Shown: positions 19,319-31,142 of the stretch, one piece after another | Numbering within the stretch: the stretch's first letter is position 1 | Layout: each line of letters begins with the position of its first letter | Assembly (NCBI GenBank): GCA_035632955.1 | Contig: DASQFU010000211.1 | Span: forward strand, 14,025 to 78,024 | Length of the DNA stretch: 64,000 nucleotides | Reading direction: 5' to 3' | Origin: Candidatus Limnocylindria bacterium | Lineage (GTDB): Bacteria > Eisenbacteria > RBG-16-71-46 | The notes under the pieces: model-generated | The model's input: the letters and a program-made list of their open reading frames with translations, nothing else | What the model was told of the DNA's origin: nothing | The model's database searches: none | Made by a program: the position numbers and the translations under genes

Positions 19319-19897
19319 TCACGGCTTTCGGATGATCGCCGCCAGTGGGATTCCCGCGAGAAACCAGCCGATGACCTGATCGGCGGTCTGCGCCACGGTG
19401 TACGCGGTCGGAAACGAGTACCAGATCCAATAGGACATCTCGATCGCCAGGCTGGCGAACAACCCGAGTAGAGTGACGAACATCAAGCGTGATGCGAACG
19501 AGGCGAGCGACACGGCCGCCATCGACAGCAGGATCGCCGCGATCAGCCCACCGAGGACGTTGGTCACCAGCTCGCCCCCGAGCTGCCTTGTGGACATCGG
19601 TTCGGCGCCCGCCGGGTGATAGACCAGGATGCCGCGCGGGCCCTGGCGGATCTTTTCGGCCCATTGCTTCTGGGCCTGTTCGCGCTGCTCGGCGGTCATC
19701 GTCGCCGACGCAGGCATGGCCGGAAAGAAATAGAACCCCGGCTCCTTCAATCGCTGCTGCAGGACCGGCAGCACGGTCTCCTCGGCCGGCAGGCTCTGGA
19801 TGCCAACCGTGCCGAGGGGCAGTAGCGCGTGGCCGATGAATCCCCAGACGAACACGACGCCGCCGGCGAGGATTCCCCCCAACAGAACTCTCTTCAT
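19319..19897 (-). CDS. hypothetical membrane protein
   Basis: In-frame ATG (MKRVLLGGILAGGVVFVWGF) preceded by AGGAGG. Several hydrophobic segments. The upstream part of listed ORF 19319..20314 is Arg/Ser-rich junk. Confidence 0.6.
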   Translation of the reverse strand: MKRVLLGGILAGGVVFVWGFIGHALLPLGTVGIQSLPAEETVLPVLQQRLKEPGFYFFPAMPASATMTAEQREQAQKQWAEKIRQGPRGILVYHPAGAEPMSTRQLGGELVTNVLGGLIAAILLSMAAVSLASFASRLMFVTLLGLFASLAIEMSYWIWYSFPTAYTVAQTADQVIGWFLAGIPLAAIIRKP

Positions 19898-19925
19898 ACT
19901 CCGGCCTCCTGTTCCATGGCTTCGA

Positions 19926-21269
19926 TCAGTCCTTTGCGTCCAGCTCGCGCAGGGTCTCGACGACCGGCTGCGCGATCGGGTGCAGCGCCACGTACGCGAG
20001 ATCGTTCTCGCTCGGAAGCTCGGCGAGGAACACGGGCCGCTTGCGGCTGTCAGTGAGGAACTCCCCCCGGTACCTCCGCTCATAGCGTTTTCGTTGCCGG
20101 TCCTTGCGAGCGCGCTCGAGCAGCGCCGGAAGCGTCCATTCGCCGAAGGCCTTGGTCCAACGCTCGTCTGCCTGCTTCCCCTTGGCCGGCTCGGTTTTGC
20201 GCACCGTCGCGGGCACCAGCGCGTAGCGCCCGCAATCGCCGACGGCTTGAAAGTCGGTCCACACCACCCGTGCGACGGCTTCGACGACGTCCATGTGCGA
20301 TGCGATCGGCGCACGACTGCGCAAGTCGAGCACTTCCATCTCGTAGCTCACCGCGACGTGGCGTTCCCGGACCACCGCGTCGAACGGCTGTTCGACAAAG
20401 CTATCCACTCGATGACCCTGGCCGTCCTGCTCGACCACGTGGTGATAGATGATCTGTTGGTAGTGGTCCGAGTTGGTGCTCGAGCGCAGCGAATGAAATC
20501 GGCCGTAGACCACGCGATCGGCTCTCAGCTTGCGCGCGACTTCGAGCGCGGCGCTACGCGGCATCTCGGTGAGCTGGGAGACCGTCACCTGCTCATAGAC
20601 CCGTTCGGGTTCGATCAGCACCGTAAACGTGTGTTGCTCGCGGTCGAGGCCCTCGACAACCTCGGCGTACACGAGGTCGGTGATCTCCTGGGAGAGTCCG
20701 GGCACGCCGGTCTGGTTCGCGAACGGAAGAATCGCGACGCGCGTCCGCGCGGCTCGGAACGCCTCCTGGATACGGGTTTCCGTGTCGCGGTAGCCGAGTT
20801 CGAACTCACGCACGCTACGCAGCTCGAACCAGGCGCGCTTCGGGCGACCGCCTGCTAGCGCATCGCGGCCGCGCCAGTAGTAGATGCCCGCCGCGGCCGA
20901 GCGCAAGAGCCGCTCGCGGTCGGCAAAGGCCCGGTCGTCCGGCACCTCGATCTGGTAGCGGGACAGCTCGCCACGGAAGCTCCGCAGCTCGAGCGAGTAG
21001 CGGGCGGCGGCCACGGTGTCCACCTCGGCCAGCGTCAGCGTTCGCCGCTTCCATTCCTCGACGAGCCGGGTCGCCGCCGCGGCCATCGCGGCGCGCGCAT
21101 GTGGATTGCCCGGCTCCTTGTCCACTGCCTTGCGCGCCTTCTCGTAGGCACGGCGGGCGTTCCCTGCCACCAGCTCGCGCTCGCTCTGAATCGCGAGCTG
21201 GCTCGCGCTCGCGCACGAGAGCAGCAGCAGCGCGCACGCCAGAGGAATCAACCGACGGGCCGTCGTCAC
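19926..21269 (-). CDS. hypothetical lipoprotein (central CsgG/LpoB-like alpha/beta region)
   Basis: GTG 21269 forms a GTGA overlap with the upstream CPBP gene stop. Lipobox ACALLLLSC. Block RVAILPFANQTGVPGLSQEITDLVYAEV...LRADRVVYGRF resembles CsgG/LpoB-type lipoproteins. Confidence 0.55.
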   Translation of the reverse strand: MTTARRLIPLACALLLLSCASASQLAIQSERELVAGNARRAYEKARKAVDKEPGNPHARAAMAAAATRLVEEWKRRTLTLAEVDTVAAARYSLELRSFRGELSRYQIEVPDDRAFADRERLLRSAAAGIYYWRGRDALAGGRPKRAWFELRSVREFELGYRDTETRIQEAFRAARTRVAILPFANQTGVPGLSQEITDLVYAEVVEGLDREQHTFTVLIEPERVYEQVTVSQLTEMPRSAALEVARKLRADRVVYGRFHSLRSSTNSDHYQQIIYHHVVEQDGQGHRVDSFVEQPFDAVVRERHVAVSYEMEVLDLRSRAPIASHMDVVEAVARVVWTDFQAVGDCGRYALVPATVRKTEPAKGKQADERWTKAFGEWTLPALLERARKDRQRKRYERRYRGEFLTDSRKRPVFLAELPSENDLAYVALHPIAQPVVETLRELDAKD

Positions 21270-22051
21270 GCCGAGGCCAGCTCCAGCTCGCGCGTGTAAG
21301 CCTCGCGAGCCAGATGTCCCGAATGCATGTCGATCAACGCGTGCACCACCATCCCGACGTAGATCGTTCCGGTGGCGAGATAGAGAACTCCGAGGACGAG
21401 GCCGACCGCGCCCGTCGCAAGCATGCCGCGCGGTCCCTGATAGACGTGCCCGCAACCGAACACGACCGCCGAGCCCACCATCGCGGCCAGCGGCCCCATC
21501 CACTGGCCGAGGTACCAGATGACGTAGCCGCGGTACAACACCTCTTCACAGATGCCGGCGGTGATGGAGACGCGGTAGAACCACTGCAGCTCTTCCACGC
21601 TGCGGGGCAGCAAGCGTTCGACGTGGGCGACCTGGTTGCGCACCCGAGCCAGGGCTTCGTCGCTGGCGAGAATCTGGCTGCGCTGCCGCAGGACGATGAC
21701 GATTGCCGTGGCGACGCCGACCAGGGCCACGGCGAGACCCCAATTCGGCCATGCCGTGAGACCGAGGCCGCCGATCGGCCGGCCCTGTTGTAGCCAGAAC
21801 GCGAATACCAACGCCGCCAGCGTCCATTGGAGCAGGATCGCCTCGCGGTAGAGCGCCATGCGCACGACCGGGATCTCGGGCTCGGGCGCCAGCCGAAGCC
21901 GGCGGTAGCCGAACAGTCCGGCGCGGACGGGAAACAGTAACGCGAGCACCAGGAACAGGATGTGATCGATCACGGTCGGCACGGCGCGCAGCATACCCGA
22001 GCGCGCCGGGACGTGCGCATTGCCAGAGTGACCCTGGCGTTCTCGCTGCAT
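21266..22051 (-). CDS. CPBP family intramembrane glutamic endopeptidase (CAAX protease-like)
   Basis: Motifs EEVLYRGY and FGCGHVYQG plus a distal MVVHALIDM histidine. Start could also be the internal Met at 21994. Confidence 0.8.
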   Translation of the reverse strand: MQRERQGHSGNAHVPARSGMLRAVPTVIDHILFLVLALLFPVRAGLFGYRRLRLAPEPEIPVVRMALYREAILLQWTLAALVFAFWLQQGRPIGGLGLTAWPNWGLAVALVGVATAIVIVLRQRSQILASDEALARVRNQVAHVERLLPRSVEELQWFYRVSITAGICEEVLYRGYVIWYLGQWMGPLAAMVGSAVVFGCGHVYQGPRGMLATGAVGLVLGVLYLATGTIYVGMVVHALIDMHSGHLAREAYTRELELASA

Positions 22052-22103
22052 GGCCCCCGGCGGAATCTCTCGCCGGGGCGATGTCGTTCGGTTGCGCCAA
22101 CCG

Positions 22104-25100
22104 TCAGCGCACTTGCTCGGTGCGCCCAGCGCCGCTGGCCATCACCGGATCACCAATCAAGGCGCGTACCCGATGCGTGCCGCCGTCATCGAGCAAGGGG
22201 ATCGCTCCCGCCTCGACTGGAACGCCGTCGAGCTCGGCTTCGGAGATTCCGCGCGACCGGCTCTGCGGATTCTCGACCCGGATTTCGTAGCGCGTATTCC
22301 CGAAGCGCAGCACCACCGAGAATCCAGACCACGCGAAGGGAATGCACGGGTTCAAGGCGAGCGTCGTGCCGCGACGCTCGAGGCCGAGGATGGCCTCGAG
22401 CCCGGCACGATACATCCAGCTCGCCGATCCCGTGTACCAGGTCCATCCACCACGTCCGGCGTGAGCGGCATGCGCGTACACGTCCGCCGCGACCACGTAC
22501 GGCTCCACCTTGTAGCGGATGACGTCGGCCGGGGTGCGCGCATGGTTGATGGGATTGAGGAGATGGAAGAGCTCGACCGCCTCGTCGCCGCTGCCGAGAC
22601 GCGCCACCGCGATCACCGCCCACAGCGCGGCATGCGTGTATTGGCCTCCGTTCTCGCGCACCCCCGGCACATAGCCCTTGATGTAGCCGGGATCTGTTGC
22701 GGACGTGTCGAAAGGCGGGGTCAGCAGCAGGATGACTCGGGTGTCGCGACGCACGAGCTGGCTGCGCACCGAGTCCATCGCGCGCTCCGCGCGCCTAGGT
22801 GGCGCGACGCCGGACAGCACCGCCCATGACTGGGAGATGGAATCGATGCGGCACTCTTCGTTCTGGGCCGAGCCGAGCGGCGTCCCGTCGTCGAAGTAGG
22901 CGCGCCGGTACCAATTGCCGTCCCATGCTTGCTCGAGAACGGTGGCGAGCCGGCCCAACTCGTTGCGATAGCGAACGGCGCGTTCGAGATCACCGCGGTG
23001 CTCGGCCAGGTCGGAGAAATCCGTCAGCACCCTCGCGAGGAACCAGCCCAGCCACACGCTTTCCCCCCGGCCTTCCCGGCCGACCCGGTTCATTCCATCG
23101 TTCCAGTCCCCACTGCCGATGAGCGGAAGTCCGTGTGATCCCGACGTGAGGCTGCGATCGATCGCGCGCAGGCAATGCTCGTAGATCGTTCCGTCTTCAC
23201 GCGACGTTTCCGGACGGCCGAACGCCTCGTGCTGTCCGGGTTCGAGCGGTGGCGCCGTCAGGAAGGGCGCACGCTCGTCGAGCAGCGCGCGATCCCCGGT
23301 CGAGACGACGTAGTTCGCGACGGCGTAAGGCAGCCACAACAGATCGTCGGAGCAGCGGCTGCGAATCCCCGCCCCCGAGTGCGCGTGCCACCAGTGCTGC
23401 ACGTCGCCCTCGGCGAACTGCCGGCTCGCGGCGCGCAGCAGATGCTCGCGGTAGAGCTCGGGGGCGGCGAAGGTGAGCGCCGTCACGTCCTGGAGCTGAT
23501 CGCGGAATCCATACGCGCCGCCGGGCTGATAGTAGGCGGTGCGCGCCCACAACCGGCTCGAGACGGACTGGTAGAGGAGCCAACGATTCATCAGGATGTC
23601 GAACGAGTCGTCCGGCGTATGGATTTCGACCGCGCCGAGACGTTCCTCCCAGGAGCGCTCGACCTCCGCGAGCGCCGCGAGCGCAGCGGCGACCGAACCA
23701 TGCTCGCGCACCATCCGGACGGCCGTTTCGCGATCTTCACCTTGCCCGAGCAGGAAGACGATCTGGCGGGTCTCGCCGCGCGCGAGCTCGACCGCCACGT
23801 GAAGCGCAGCGCACGGATCGAGCCCGGCGCCGAAGGCGTTCGACAGCACCGTGCGGCCGAGCGCCGCCGGCCGTGCCATCGTGCCGTTCCGACCGAGGAA
23901 CTCCAGCCGGTCACCGGTCGCCGATCGCACCGCGCCGGCATGCGCGAACGCGACCCGGCCTCCGAACCCCTGGTTGTACGGGTTCTGAGCCAGCACCGCC
24001 GCCGAGTCGGCATCCCATTCGGTTCGCACGTGCAAGTGCTCGCCGGGACGCGGTGGCGACAGCGCCCATTCGTTGTAGCCGAAGGCGCTCAGCCGGCGCG
24101 GTCGATCGCTGTGATTGGCAATCGTGAGCAACGCGAACCGCACCGGTTCCGAGGCGTGCACGAACAGCGCGAGCTCGTGCCGGATGCCGCGCCGACGGTG
24201 GACGTAACGCGTCACGCCGGCGCCGTGGCGCACCAGCCAGCGCCCGCCGTCCGGTTCGCGGCGCATCGGACCGGGAGTCGCGCCCCACACCTCGCCGGTC
24301 TCGTCGTCGCGCAGATACACCGCCTCCCCGGTCGCCTCGGTCACCGGGTCGTTGGCGAACGGCGTGAGTCGATTCTCGCGACTGTTCTCGCACCAGGTAT
24401 ACGCGGGGCCGGCCGCCGCCACGACGGTTCCAAAGCGCGGATTGGCGAGCACGTTGGCCCACGGCAGCGGGGTCTGCTCCGCGCCGTTCAGCACGATCGC
24501 ATACTCGCGACCGTCGGCCGTGAACCCGCCGCGCCCATTCCAATGCGTGAGCTCCGGCATCTCGATCTCGGATCCGGCATCGACGCCGGTTTCATCGGCG
24601 GAAGGCCTTCGCACCTCGAGCGGCGGCGGCCATTCGGGCTCGTCATAAGGGCGTTCAAGGTGATCTTCGACGCTTCCGGCATCGCCGCTCAGAACCGCGC
24701 GCGCCACGCTCGAGAGCAGGATGTGGTCGGCATCCCGGAGCCCATCGCCGCTCAGCAGGAACGCACCGCCGGTCCGGTTCTTCCAGGCTCCCCAGGGCCC
24801 GCCTTCGAGCAACTCGCCGAGCTGCTCGTGGATCGCGTTGCGATAGCTCACGGGATGCTCGTTCAGGATCACGACGTCCGCGCTCAGGCCTTTCAGGCGC
24901 CAGTAGTCCTGCGCTCGAAGCACCTGTCGCACCAGCGGCAGGTCGTCCGGCTCCAGAACCCGGACCAGCAGAATCGGCAGATCGCCCGAAATGCCATGGG
25001 TCCAAAGACCCGCCTGGCCGAGCGTGTTGCGCGCGCGGACCGCAGCGGCGGCGCCCAGGGAGCGGTCCGTGTAGAGGACGCGCGATGCCAGGCGCTCGTA

Positions 25101-28100
25101 GAGCTGCGCTTCCTCGACCGGAATGCCGAGGTGCCGCAGCGCGATCGAGCCCTGGGTCGTGGCGAGCGCGAACGTGCGTGGCGCGGAGGTCGGGTCGGCG
25201 TACTTCATGCACAGAGCGATCGCCGCCTCGCGATCGGTGGCCAACCCGGTCGCGAACGAGACCCTCGCGAACCCGCCCGGCGCCAGGCGAATGCGCTGCC
25301 TGAGGCTCAAGATCGGGTCGAGCGTCGCGCCGGTCGTGCCGGTCAGCGGCCGGCCGTCGAGTGCGATCGGATCCTCCGGTCCACGCCCCCGACCTAGAAA
25401 GCGCGCCCGATCGGTCTCCCATTCCACCGCGCTCTGAGTACGGCCTTCCATGCTCAACACGTGCATGGCCCAGGCGCCGGGCTCGTCGGCGGATCGCCGC
25501 CGCCTTCCGCACAGAAGCGAAGACGTCTCCGGACGGCACTCGGTCTCCAGAAACAGCTTGCCGAACACCGGGTGCGCGAGATCGTCCAAGCGGGAAACCA
25601 GAGCCACTTCGACGTAACTCGTGATCTCGATCTCGCGCAGATGCGGACTCCGGTTGGTGAGAGACAGGCGTCGCACTTCGACGTCGTCCTCGGGAGAGAC
25701 CGCGATCTCGAGCAGGGTGTCGATCTCCTCGGCGCGCTGCTGAATCACGGCCTTTTCGGCGAAGAACGTGGTCCGGTATTCGTCGGCCTCGTGGCGCATC
25801 GGTTGATAGGTCGCGGACCAAACGGCACCACTTCGCACGTCGCGCAGATAGAGATATTGGCCACCGGGGTCGCTGATCGCGTCTTCCCGCTGCCGCGTCA
25901 CCGCCAGACCGCGACAGGTGCTGGCGCCCCCACCGGCATTGGTGACGACCGAGACGTAGCGGCCATTGGAAAGGAAGGCCGCGTGTGGATAGCGGGTATG
26001 CGGGGTGCGGAAGCGTCGCGGCAGGATCGGCGGGATCGGAGGCGCGACACGCGTGACCTCGATCGGCCGCGGCCGGGTGACGGGTACGAAGCGCGGAACG
26101 CGCTCCTGGAGCAGCAACTCGGTCGCTTGAACGCGCGCGTCGGCGTGGAAGCGGGACACCATCAGACCGTTCGATATCGCGTTGGCGAGCGCCACCATGG
26201 ACATCCCCTGATGGTGCGCAAAGAAGGACCTGACCGGCACGGCTCGGGATTGGGTTCGAGGCGCCGGCGGGCTCTCCCGGGTCTCGTAGTTCTCGCGCGG
26301 CGTGTAGTCCAATGCTTCGTAGAATCCGTACGCGCCCTCGGCGCCTTCGCGGGCAAGGCGCCGAAGATTCGCCGCGGCCTCGCCGGGGACTACCATCGCG
26401 GCCAGCGCCGTCGCGTACGGCGCGATCACCAGATCCTCGGCCAAACCGCGTTTCAACCCCAGCTCGGGCACGCCAAACGCCTTGTACTGGTAGGTGCCAT
26501 ACCGATCCACGAGGTTGAACGCCGACTCGGAGATCCCCCAGGGCACGCCGTGAGCGCGGGCGTGCTCGATCTGGGCGCGCACGGAGGCGCGGTGCGAACG
26601 ATGAAGTAGCGTGTCCGGATAGCTCCGCATCACCAGGAGCGGCATCAGGTATTCGAACATCGACCCGCTCCACGAGACCAGCGTCGGCATGCCGCCGATA
26701 CTCACCAGCGCTCGTCCGAGCTGGAACCAGTGTTCCTGTGGAACGTCGCCCTTGGCGATCGCGACGAAGCTCGCCAGCCGCGCCTCCGAAGCGAGCAGAT
26801 CGTAGTTCGAGGCGTCGAGGCGCCCCGGTCCTTCGACGTCGGCGAGCCGGAACCCGATCGAGAAGATTCGCCGATCGCGGTCGTAGAGGAAGGCGAAGTT
26901 CATCGCTCGAGCGAGCGCGTCCACCCGGTCCGCGAGCGCGGCCCGCCGCTCGTTCCATGGTTGCCGCGGTTCGAGATCGGGCGACTCGCGGAGCTGGCGC
27001 AGGAGCCCCTCGCCGTGCCACGCCACTTCGGCGGCATCGGGGCCCGCGAGCGAATCCAGATCGAGCGCTTCCAGCGCCTGCTCGAGCGCACTCGTCCTCG
27101 AGGCCTCGCCCGGGGTATCCGGCGGCTCCGAGGCGATCCCGGCCCGCATGGCTTCCACCTCACGACGCGCCGTCGCGACGCGTTCGAGGGCTGGGCGATC
27201 CAGGCGCGTCCCGGCCAGCGATTCGAGACTCTCTCCCAGCAGCAGCACGGTATCGGCGATCGCGGACACGCGACGCGGGTCGGTGGGCCCCAGGTCATCG
27301 AGACGGCGCAGACCCTCGGCGAGCGCAATCAGCGATCCCGCCAGATTGGCGCTGTCGACGGTCGAGACGTACCGGGGCTGGAGCGGGGCCAGGCTCGTGG
27401 TGTCGTACCAGTTGAGCAGATGCCCTTCGTGCCGCTCGAGTCCTTCGAGTGTGGTGATCGTGCGCTCGATCCGCTCGAGCGTCTCCCGAGCGCCGATGAA
27501 TCCGAGATCGTGCGCCGAGAGCGTCGCGAGCAATCCCATGCCGATGTTGGTCGGCGACGTGCGGTGCGCCGTCCCGCGATCGAGATGCTCTTGAACGTTG
27601 TCGGGTGGCAGCCAATGCTCGGCTTCGGTGACGAAGGTGTCGAAATACTTCCACGTCCGGGCCGCAACGCGCCTCAAGTACGCTCGGTCGCGTGGTTCGA
27701 GCACGATCGCGCGCGCCGTGGGCGGCCGGCTCAACCAAAACGCCACGATCGGCGAGACGATCCACAGCGCGAGCAGCGGCGCCGCCGTCGGGAGCGCCGG
27801 GGCCCGAAACGCGGCCGCGGCCATGAACAGCGCGAAGGCGACCGCTGGACCCGCCCACATGCCATTCGCGAACGCGCGCAGACGCTGGCTGCGGGTCAAC
27901 CCGGTCGCTCGCGCCGCGGCCGTCGCGGCGGTCTCCCACTCGAGCATCCTCCGCTGAGTGATGATCAGACGGACCAGCGTGAGCGCGATCGCATGGACCA
28001 TCTCGTAGGAGTGATAGGCGAGCAGCGTGATGTCGAGCAGCGCCTGAGCGCCCGCCGTTTCGAGCTCTTCCCGCACGTCGCGCAGGAACACCCCGATGGA

Positions 28101-30695
28101 CTGCTGCGGCCTCGGCCCCCGCAATGCACGCATCAATTGTGGATAGATCGGAAAGCCCATCACCCCGACGATCGCGAGCGTCCAAATCCAAGCGGCTCCC
28201 GGCAACCACGTCCACGCCGACGCCAGGAGTGCGAGCATGCCCGGCGCCACCAGACTGCGTCTCAGATTGTCGAGGATCTTCCAGCGGCTGATGAGCGGGA
28301 GCCGGTTGCGCTCGACGCCGTGACGCGCGGGCACCCACGGGAAGAGCCAGAACAGAATCTGCCAGTCGCCCCGCACCCAGCGGCGCTGGCGACCGGCGTG
28401 GGCGAGCACGCTCGAAGGAAAGTCGTCCACCACCTCGACGTCGGAGACGAGGGCGGTTCGGGCGTAGAGGCCTTCGAACAGGTCGTGCGAGAGCAGCGCG
28501 TTCTCGGGCACACGTCCCGCGAGGGCCGCACGGAACGCGTCGACGTCGTAGAGCCCTTTGCCGGTGAAGATCCCTTCGTTGAACAGGTCCTGATACACGT
28601 CCGAGACGGCGGTCGTGTACGGGTCCACTCCGGTATGCCCGGCGTAGACGCGCGCGAACAGCGAGCCCGCGGCGCTCGCCATGGTGACGCTGACCCGCGG
28701 CTGGAGGATCCCGTAGCCGCGAGTCACCCGGCCGAGTCGCGGATCGAACAACGGACGATTGAGCGGGTGGCGGATGATTCCAATCAGCTGACGGGCGGCA
28801 TCACGAGGCAACCGCGTGTCGGCATCCAGGGTGATGCAGTAGCGGACTTTCTCGAGCATCGAGGGGTCGCCGACGACGACGCGGAACGAGGTGTCGGTCG
28901 CGCCGCGCAGCAGGGCATTGAACTCTTCGATCTTCCCGCGCTTCCGCTCCCAACCCATCCACACGCCTTCGCGCGCGTTCCATCGCCGGGGTCGATGGAC
29001 GAGGTAGAACCGATCCGGTCCACCCCGGGCGTGGCGGGCATTCAGGGCCGTGATCCCGTCCCGCGCGATCGCAAGGATTCCCTCGTCCTCGGGCTGCTGC
29101 GCTGCGGTCGCATCGGGGAAGTCGGTGAGCAGGGCGAAGTGAACGTTGGCATCCAGGTTCCCGAGCGCCTGGACCTCGAGGTGCTCGACCAGCGACTTCG
29201 CGTTTCGCCCGCTGCCGAGGAGCGTGGGAACGATCACCATGGTGCGCGCGTCTTCTGGCACGCCGTGATGGAGCTCGATCCGCGGCAGACGCCTGGGTCG
29301 TGCAATCCGGTGGACGAGCCGCTGGACCAGCAACACCGCGATCTGATTCGCCGGTAGGAGCGCGAGCAGGCCGATCCACGGCCAGACGGCGTTCTCGGCA
29401 CCGTGATCGCGTGCGTACAGAACCGCTGCAGCGATTCCCAGCGCGGTGATCGTCGCGATCGATCCGAGATAGAACCCCAGAGCGTTGCCGAAGGCCACGC
29501 GACGGATGCGATGCCGCCACTTCGGCGCATAGGCCACGTCCACCTCGAAGTCGCGACGACCGGGGCCGATCAAGTGGTATCCGACGTGCGCGCTGGCGTC
29601 GGCGTGGAGCGGATCCGTCGTCTGGCGTGCGCTCTCGATCGCGCGCAACGCCACCCGCACCTGAGCTTCGCCGCTCGGCTCGGACAACTCTTCGACCGCC
29701 TGGCGGTAGCGGTCGCGGCTCGCGAAGTCCATCTGTCCGTAGACTCCGGCCGGATCGCGCTGGAGCACCTGCTCCATCAAGCTGACGCGCTCGACCGTGC
29801 GATTCCAATCGATCGTCGCGACCAGCCGCAGCGCGGTGATCGAGTTTCCCGTCGACACCTGCCCCATGGTTTGCCGCTGATGCTCGGCACGGACCGCCTG
29901 GTCGATGTCGAGCCCCTTCGCCTCCAGCCGGCGCTCGAGCTCGATCCTCAGCTCCGAAACCCGCGGCCCGAGCTCCCGCAGGCGCTGCTGGAGCTGGACC
30001 ACGAACGCGTCCGAGAGCGATTCGGGGAGGGCTGGCAACGGGTCTTTCGGGCCGATCGATTCGAACCGCGCGAAGTATCGGTCGGCCTCCGCGACGCCCG
30101 CGCGGCTTTCCATGATCTCGTGGGCGAGACGTCTCAGATTCTCGATCAGGCAGAGCTTGAGCATGCTCGGCCACGCCCACAGCTCGCCGAGCGTGAGCGG
30201 TGCCACGGTCTGGTAAGCGCTGACGAAGTGAGTCAGCCGGTGAAGATCGAAGCGCGCGTCGCTGTGGCTGATGAACTCCAGCGCCATGGCATGGACGCGA
30301 GCCATGCCGGCCAGATCACGCGAGGCGAGTTTGGGAAGCTCGAGGTAGTAGCGCTGCGGGAGGTTCTTCCGCACCTCGTGGATCTCCGCTTCCACCAGGT
30401 GAAAGTTGTCCAGCAACCATTCCGCGGCCGGGGCCACGGCTTCGCCGCGACGCACGTTCTGCGCGAGGGCCCGATAGGCGTGGCGCAGGACGCGGGCATT
30501 CTCGTGAAGACGAGGGAGGAAACGGCGCGAGCGGCGGCGAGGATTGCGCGCGAGCGTATAACTCGCCGCCAGAACTCGAGCGCGCTCCTCGAGATGCTCG
30601 ACGCTCAGAAGCTCGCTGCGAAGCGGGCCCGCACCCGAGCCGGCGGACCGTCGACTCGGGTCTCGCCATCTCCAGAGAACCGAGTCCATTCCCAT
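22104..30695 (-). CDS. cgs: cyclic beta-1,2-glucan synthase (Cgs/NdvB/ChvB-like), 2863 aa
   Basis: Size and architecture: N-terminal TM region. Glycosyltransferase core with [12 protein letters not shown] (DxD) and [11 protein letters not shown] (QxxRW). C-terminal GH94 phosphorylase-like region with [12 protein letters not shown]. Confidence 0.9.
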   Translation of the reverse strand: MGMDSVLWRWRDPSRRSAGSGAGPLRSELLSVEHLEERARVLAASYTLARNPRRRSRRFLPRLHENARVLRHAYRALAQNVRRGEAVAPAAEWLLDNFHLVEAEIHEVRKNLPQRYYLELPKLASRDLAGMARVHAMALEFISHSDARFDLHRLTHFVSAYQTVAPLTLGELWAWPSMLKLCLIENLRRLAHEIMESRAGVAEADRYFARFESIGPKDPLPALPESLSDAFVVQLQQRLRELGPRVSELRIELERRLEAKGLDIDQAVRAEHQRQTMGQVSTGNSITALRLVATIDWNRTVERVSLMEQVLQRDPAGVYGQMDFASRDRYRQAVEELSEPSGEAQVRVALRAIESARQTTDPLHADASAHVGYHLIGPGRRDFEVDVAYAPKWRHRIRRVAFGNALGFYLGSIATITALGIAAAVLYARDHGAENAVWPWIGLLALLPANQIAVLLVQRLVHRIARPRRLPRIELHHGVPEDARTMVIVPTLLGSGRNAKSLVEHLEVQALGNLDANVHFALLTDFPDATAAQQPEDEGILAIARDGITALNARHARGGPDRFYLVHRPRRWNAREGVWMGWERKRGKIEEFNALLRGATDTSFRVVVGDPSMLEKVRYCITLDADTRLPRDAARQLIGIIRHPLNRPLFDPRLGRVTRGYGILQPRVSVTMASAAGSLFARVYAGHTGVDPYTTAVSDVYQDLFNEGIFTGKGLYDVDAFRAALAGRVPENALLSHDLFEGLYARTALVSDVEVVDDFPSSVLAHAGRQRRWVRGDWQILFWLFPWVPARHGVERNRLPLISRWKILDNLRRSLVAPGMLALLASAWTWLPGAAWIWTLAIVGVMGFPIYPQLMRALRGPRPQQSIGVFLRDVREELETAGAQALLDITLLAYHSYEMVHAIALTLVRLIITQRRMLEWETAATAAARATGLTRSQRLRAFANGMWAGPAVAFALFMAAAAFRAPALPTAAPLLALWIVSPIVAFWLSRPPTARAIVLEPRDRAYLRRVAARTWKYFDTFVTEAEHWLPPDNVQEHLDRGTAHRTSPTNIGMGLLATLSAHDLGFIGARETLERIERTITTLEGLERHEGHLLNWYDTTSLAPLQPRYVSTVDSANLAGSLIALAEGLRRLDDLGPTDPRRVSAIADTVLLLGESLESLAGTRLDRPALERVATARREVEAMRAGIASEPPDTPGEASRTSALEQALEALDLDSLAGPDAAEVAWHGEGLLRQLRESPDLEPRQPWNERRAALADRVDALARAMNFAFLYDRDRRIFSIGFRLADVEGPGRLDASNYDLLASEARLASFVAIAKGDVPQEHWFQLGRALVSIGGMPTLVSWSGSMFEYLMPLLVMRSYPDTLLHRSHRASVRAQIEHARAHGVPWGISESAFNLVDRYGTYQYKAFGVPELGLKRGLAEDLVIAPYATALAAMVVPGEAAANLRRLAREGAEGAYGFYEALDYTPRENYETRESPPAPRTQSRAVPVRSFFAHHQGMSMVALANAISNGLMVSRFHADARVQATELLLQERVPRFVPVTRPRPIEVTRVAPPIPPILPRRFRTPHTRYPHAAFLSNGRYVSVVTNAGGGASTCRGLAVTRQREDAISDPGGQYLYLRDVRSGAVWSATYQPMRHEADEYRTTFFAEKAVIQQRAEEIDTLLEIAVSPEDDVEVRRLSLTNRSPHLREIEITSYVEVALVSRLDDLAHPVFGKLFLETECRPETSSLLCGRRRRSADEPGAWAMHVLSMEGRTQSAVEWETDRARFLGRGRGPEDPIALDGRPLTGTTGATLDPILSLRQRIRLAPGGFARVSFATGLATDREAAIALCMKYADPTSAPRTFALATTQGSIALRHLGIPVEEAQLYERLASRVLYTDRSLGAAAAVRARNTLGQAGLWTHGISGDLPILLVRVLEPDDLPLVRQVLRAQDYWRLKGLSADVVILNEHPVSYRNAIHEQLGELLEGGPWGAWKNRTGGAFLLSGDGLRDADHILLSSVARAVLSGDAGSVEDHLERPYDEPEWPPPLEVRRPSADETGVDAGSEIEMPELTHWNGRGGFTADGREYAIVLNGAEQTPLPWANVLANPRFGTVVAAAGPAYTWCENSRENRLTPFANDPVTEATGEAVYLRDDETGEVWGATPGPMRREPDGGRWLVRHGAGVTRYVHRRRGIRHELALFVHASEPVRFALLTIANHSDRPRRLSAFGYNEWALSPPRPGEHLHVRTEWDADSAAVLAQNPYNQGFGGRVAFAHAGAVRSATGDRLEFLGRNGTMARPAALGRTVLSNAFGAGLDPCAALHVAVELARGETRQIVFLLGQGEDRETAVRMVREHGSVAAALAALAEVERSWEERLGAVEIHTPDDSFDILMNRWLLYQSVSSRLWARTAYYQPGGAYGFRDQLQDVTALTFAAPELYREHLLRAASRQFAEGDVQHWWHAHSGAGIRSRCSDDLLWLPYAVANYVVSTGDRALLDERAPFLTAPPLEPGQHEAFGRPETSREDGTIYEHCLRAIDRSLTSGSHGLPLIGSGDWNDGMNRVGREGRGESVWLGWFLARVLTDFSDLAEHRGDLERAVRYRNELGRLATVLEQAWDGNWYRRAYFDDGTPLGSAQNEECRIDSISQSWAVLSGVAPPRRAERAMDSVRSQLVRRDTRVILLLTPPFDTSATDPGYIKGYVPGVRENGGQYTHAALWAVIAVARLGSGDEAVELFHLLNPINHARTPADVIRYKVEPYVVAADVYAHAAHAGRGGWTWYTGSASWMYRAGLEAILGLERRGTTLALNPCIPFAWSGFSVVLRFGNTRYEIRVENPQSRSRGISEAELDGVPVEAGAIPLLDDGGTHRVRALIGDPVMASGAGRTEQVR

Positions 30696-30752
30696 GTGAA
30701 CCGCGTTTTCGTTAGACCTGGGGGACGGTCGGCGCCGTTAGAAACCCACGCG

Positions 30753-30938
30753 TCACTTGGGTCGCGGCGCCGGAGGGATGGCGTCGAGGTCGAGCTGCCG
30801 GTACATCGCGATCAACTCTTCGTGAGTGATGAGCACCAGGCCCTTGCACTTCCGGCACTTGAGCTCGAGGCCCTCGCGCACCACTCGGGCCAGCATCGAG
30901 CCGCACGCGCAGCGGCATCGATCGCCGCTCGGCGTCAT
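30753..30938 (-). CDS. small Com-like zinc-ribbon protein
   Basis: 61 codons with G/C-rich third positions. CRCACGSMLARVVREGLELKCRKCKGLV resembles the phage Mu Com zinc ribbon (C..C...IEIKCPRCK). It lies 57 nt upstream of cgs on the same strand. An alternative GTG start is at 30989. Confidence 0.45.
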   Translation of the reverse strand: MTPSGDRCRCACGSMLARVVREGLELKCRKCKGLVLITHEELIAMYRQLDLDAIPPAPRPK

Positions 30939-31142
30939 GCGGGCGGCGTTCGAGGACAGGCGAGGGATGCGGAACTCCTGAGGCTTCACGAGGCCGGCGA
31001 TGGTAGGTGCCTCGTTCCGTGAGGTCAAGCGCCGCGACGTTCCGTCGACGCGACGTTCCGTGTGACGCGACGCCGTCGCGACGTTCCGCCGGTGATATCT
31101 TGCGCTGCACGCCCGATCGTTCGGACCCACTCCCGCCCACTG

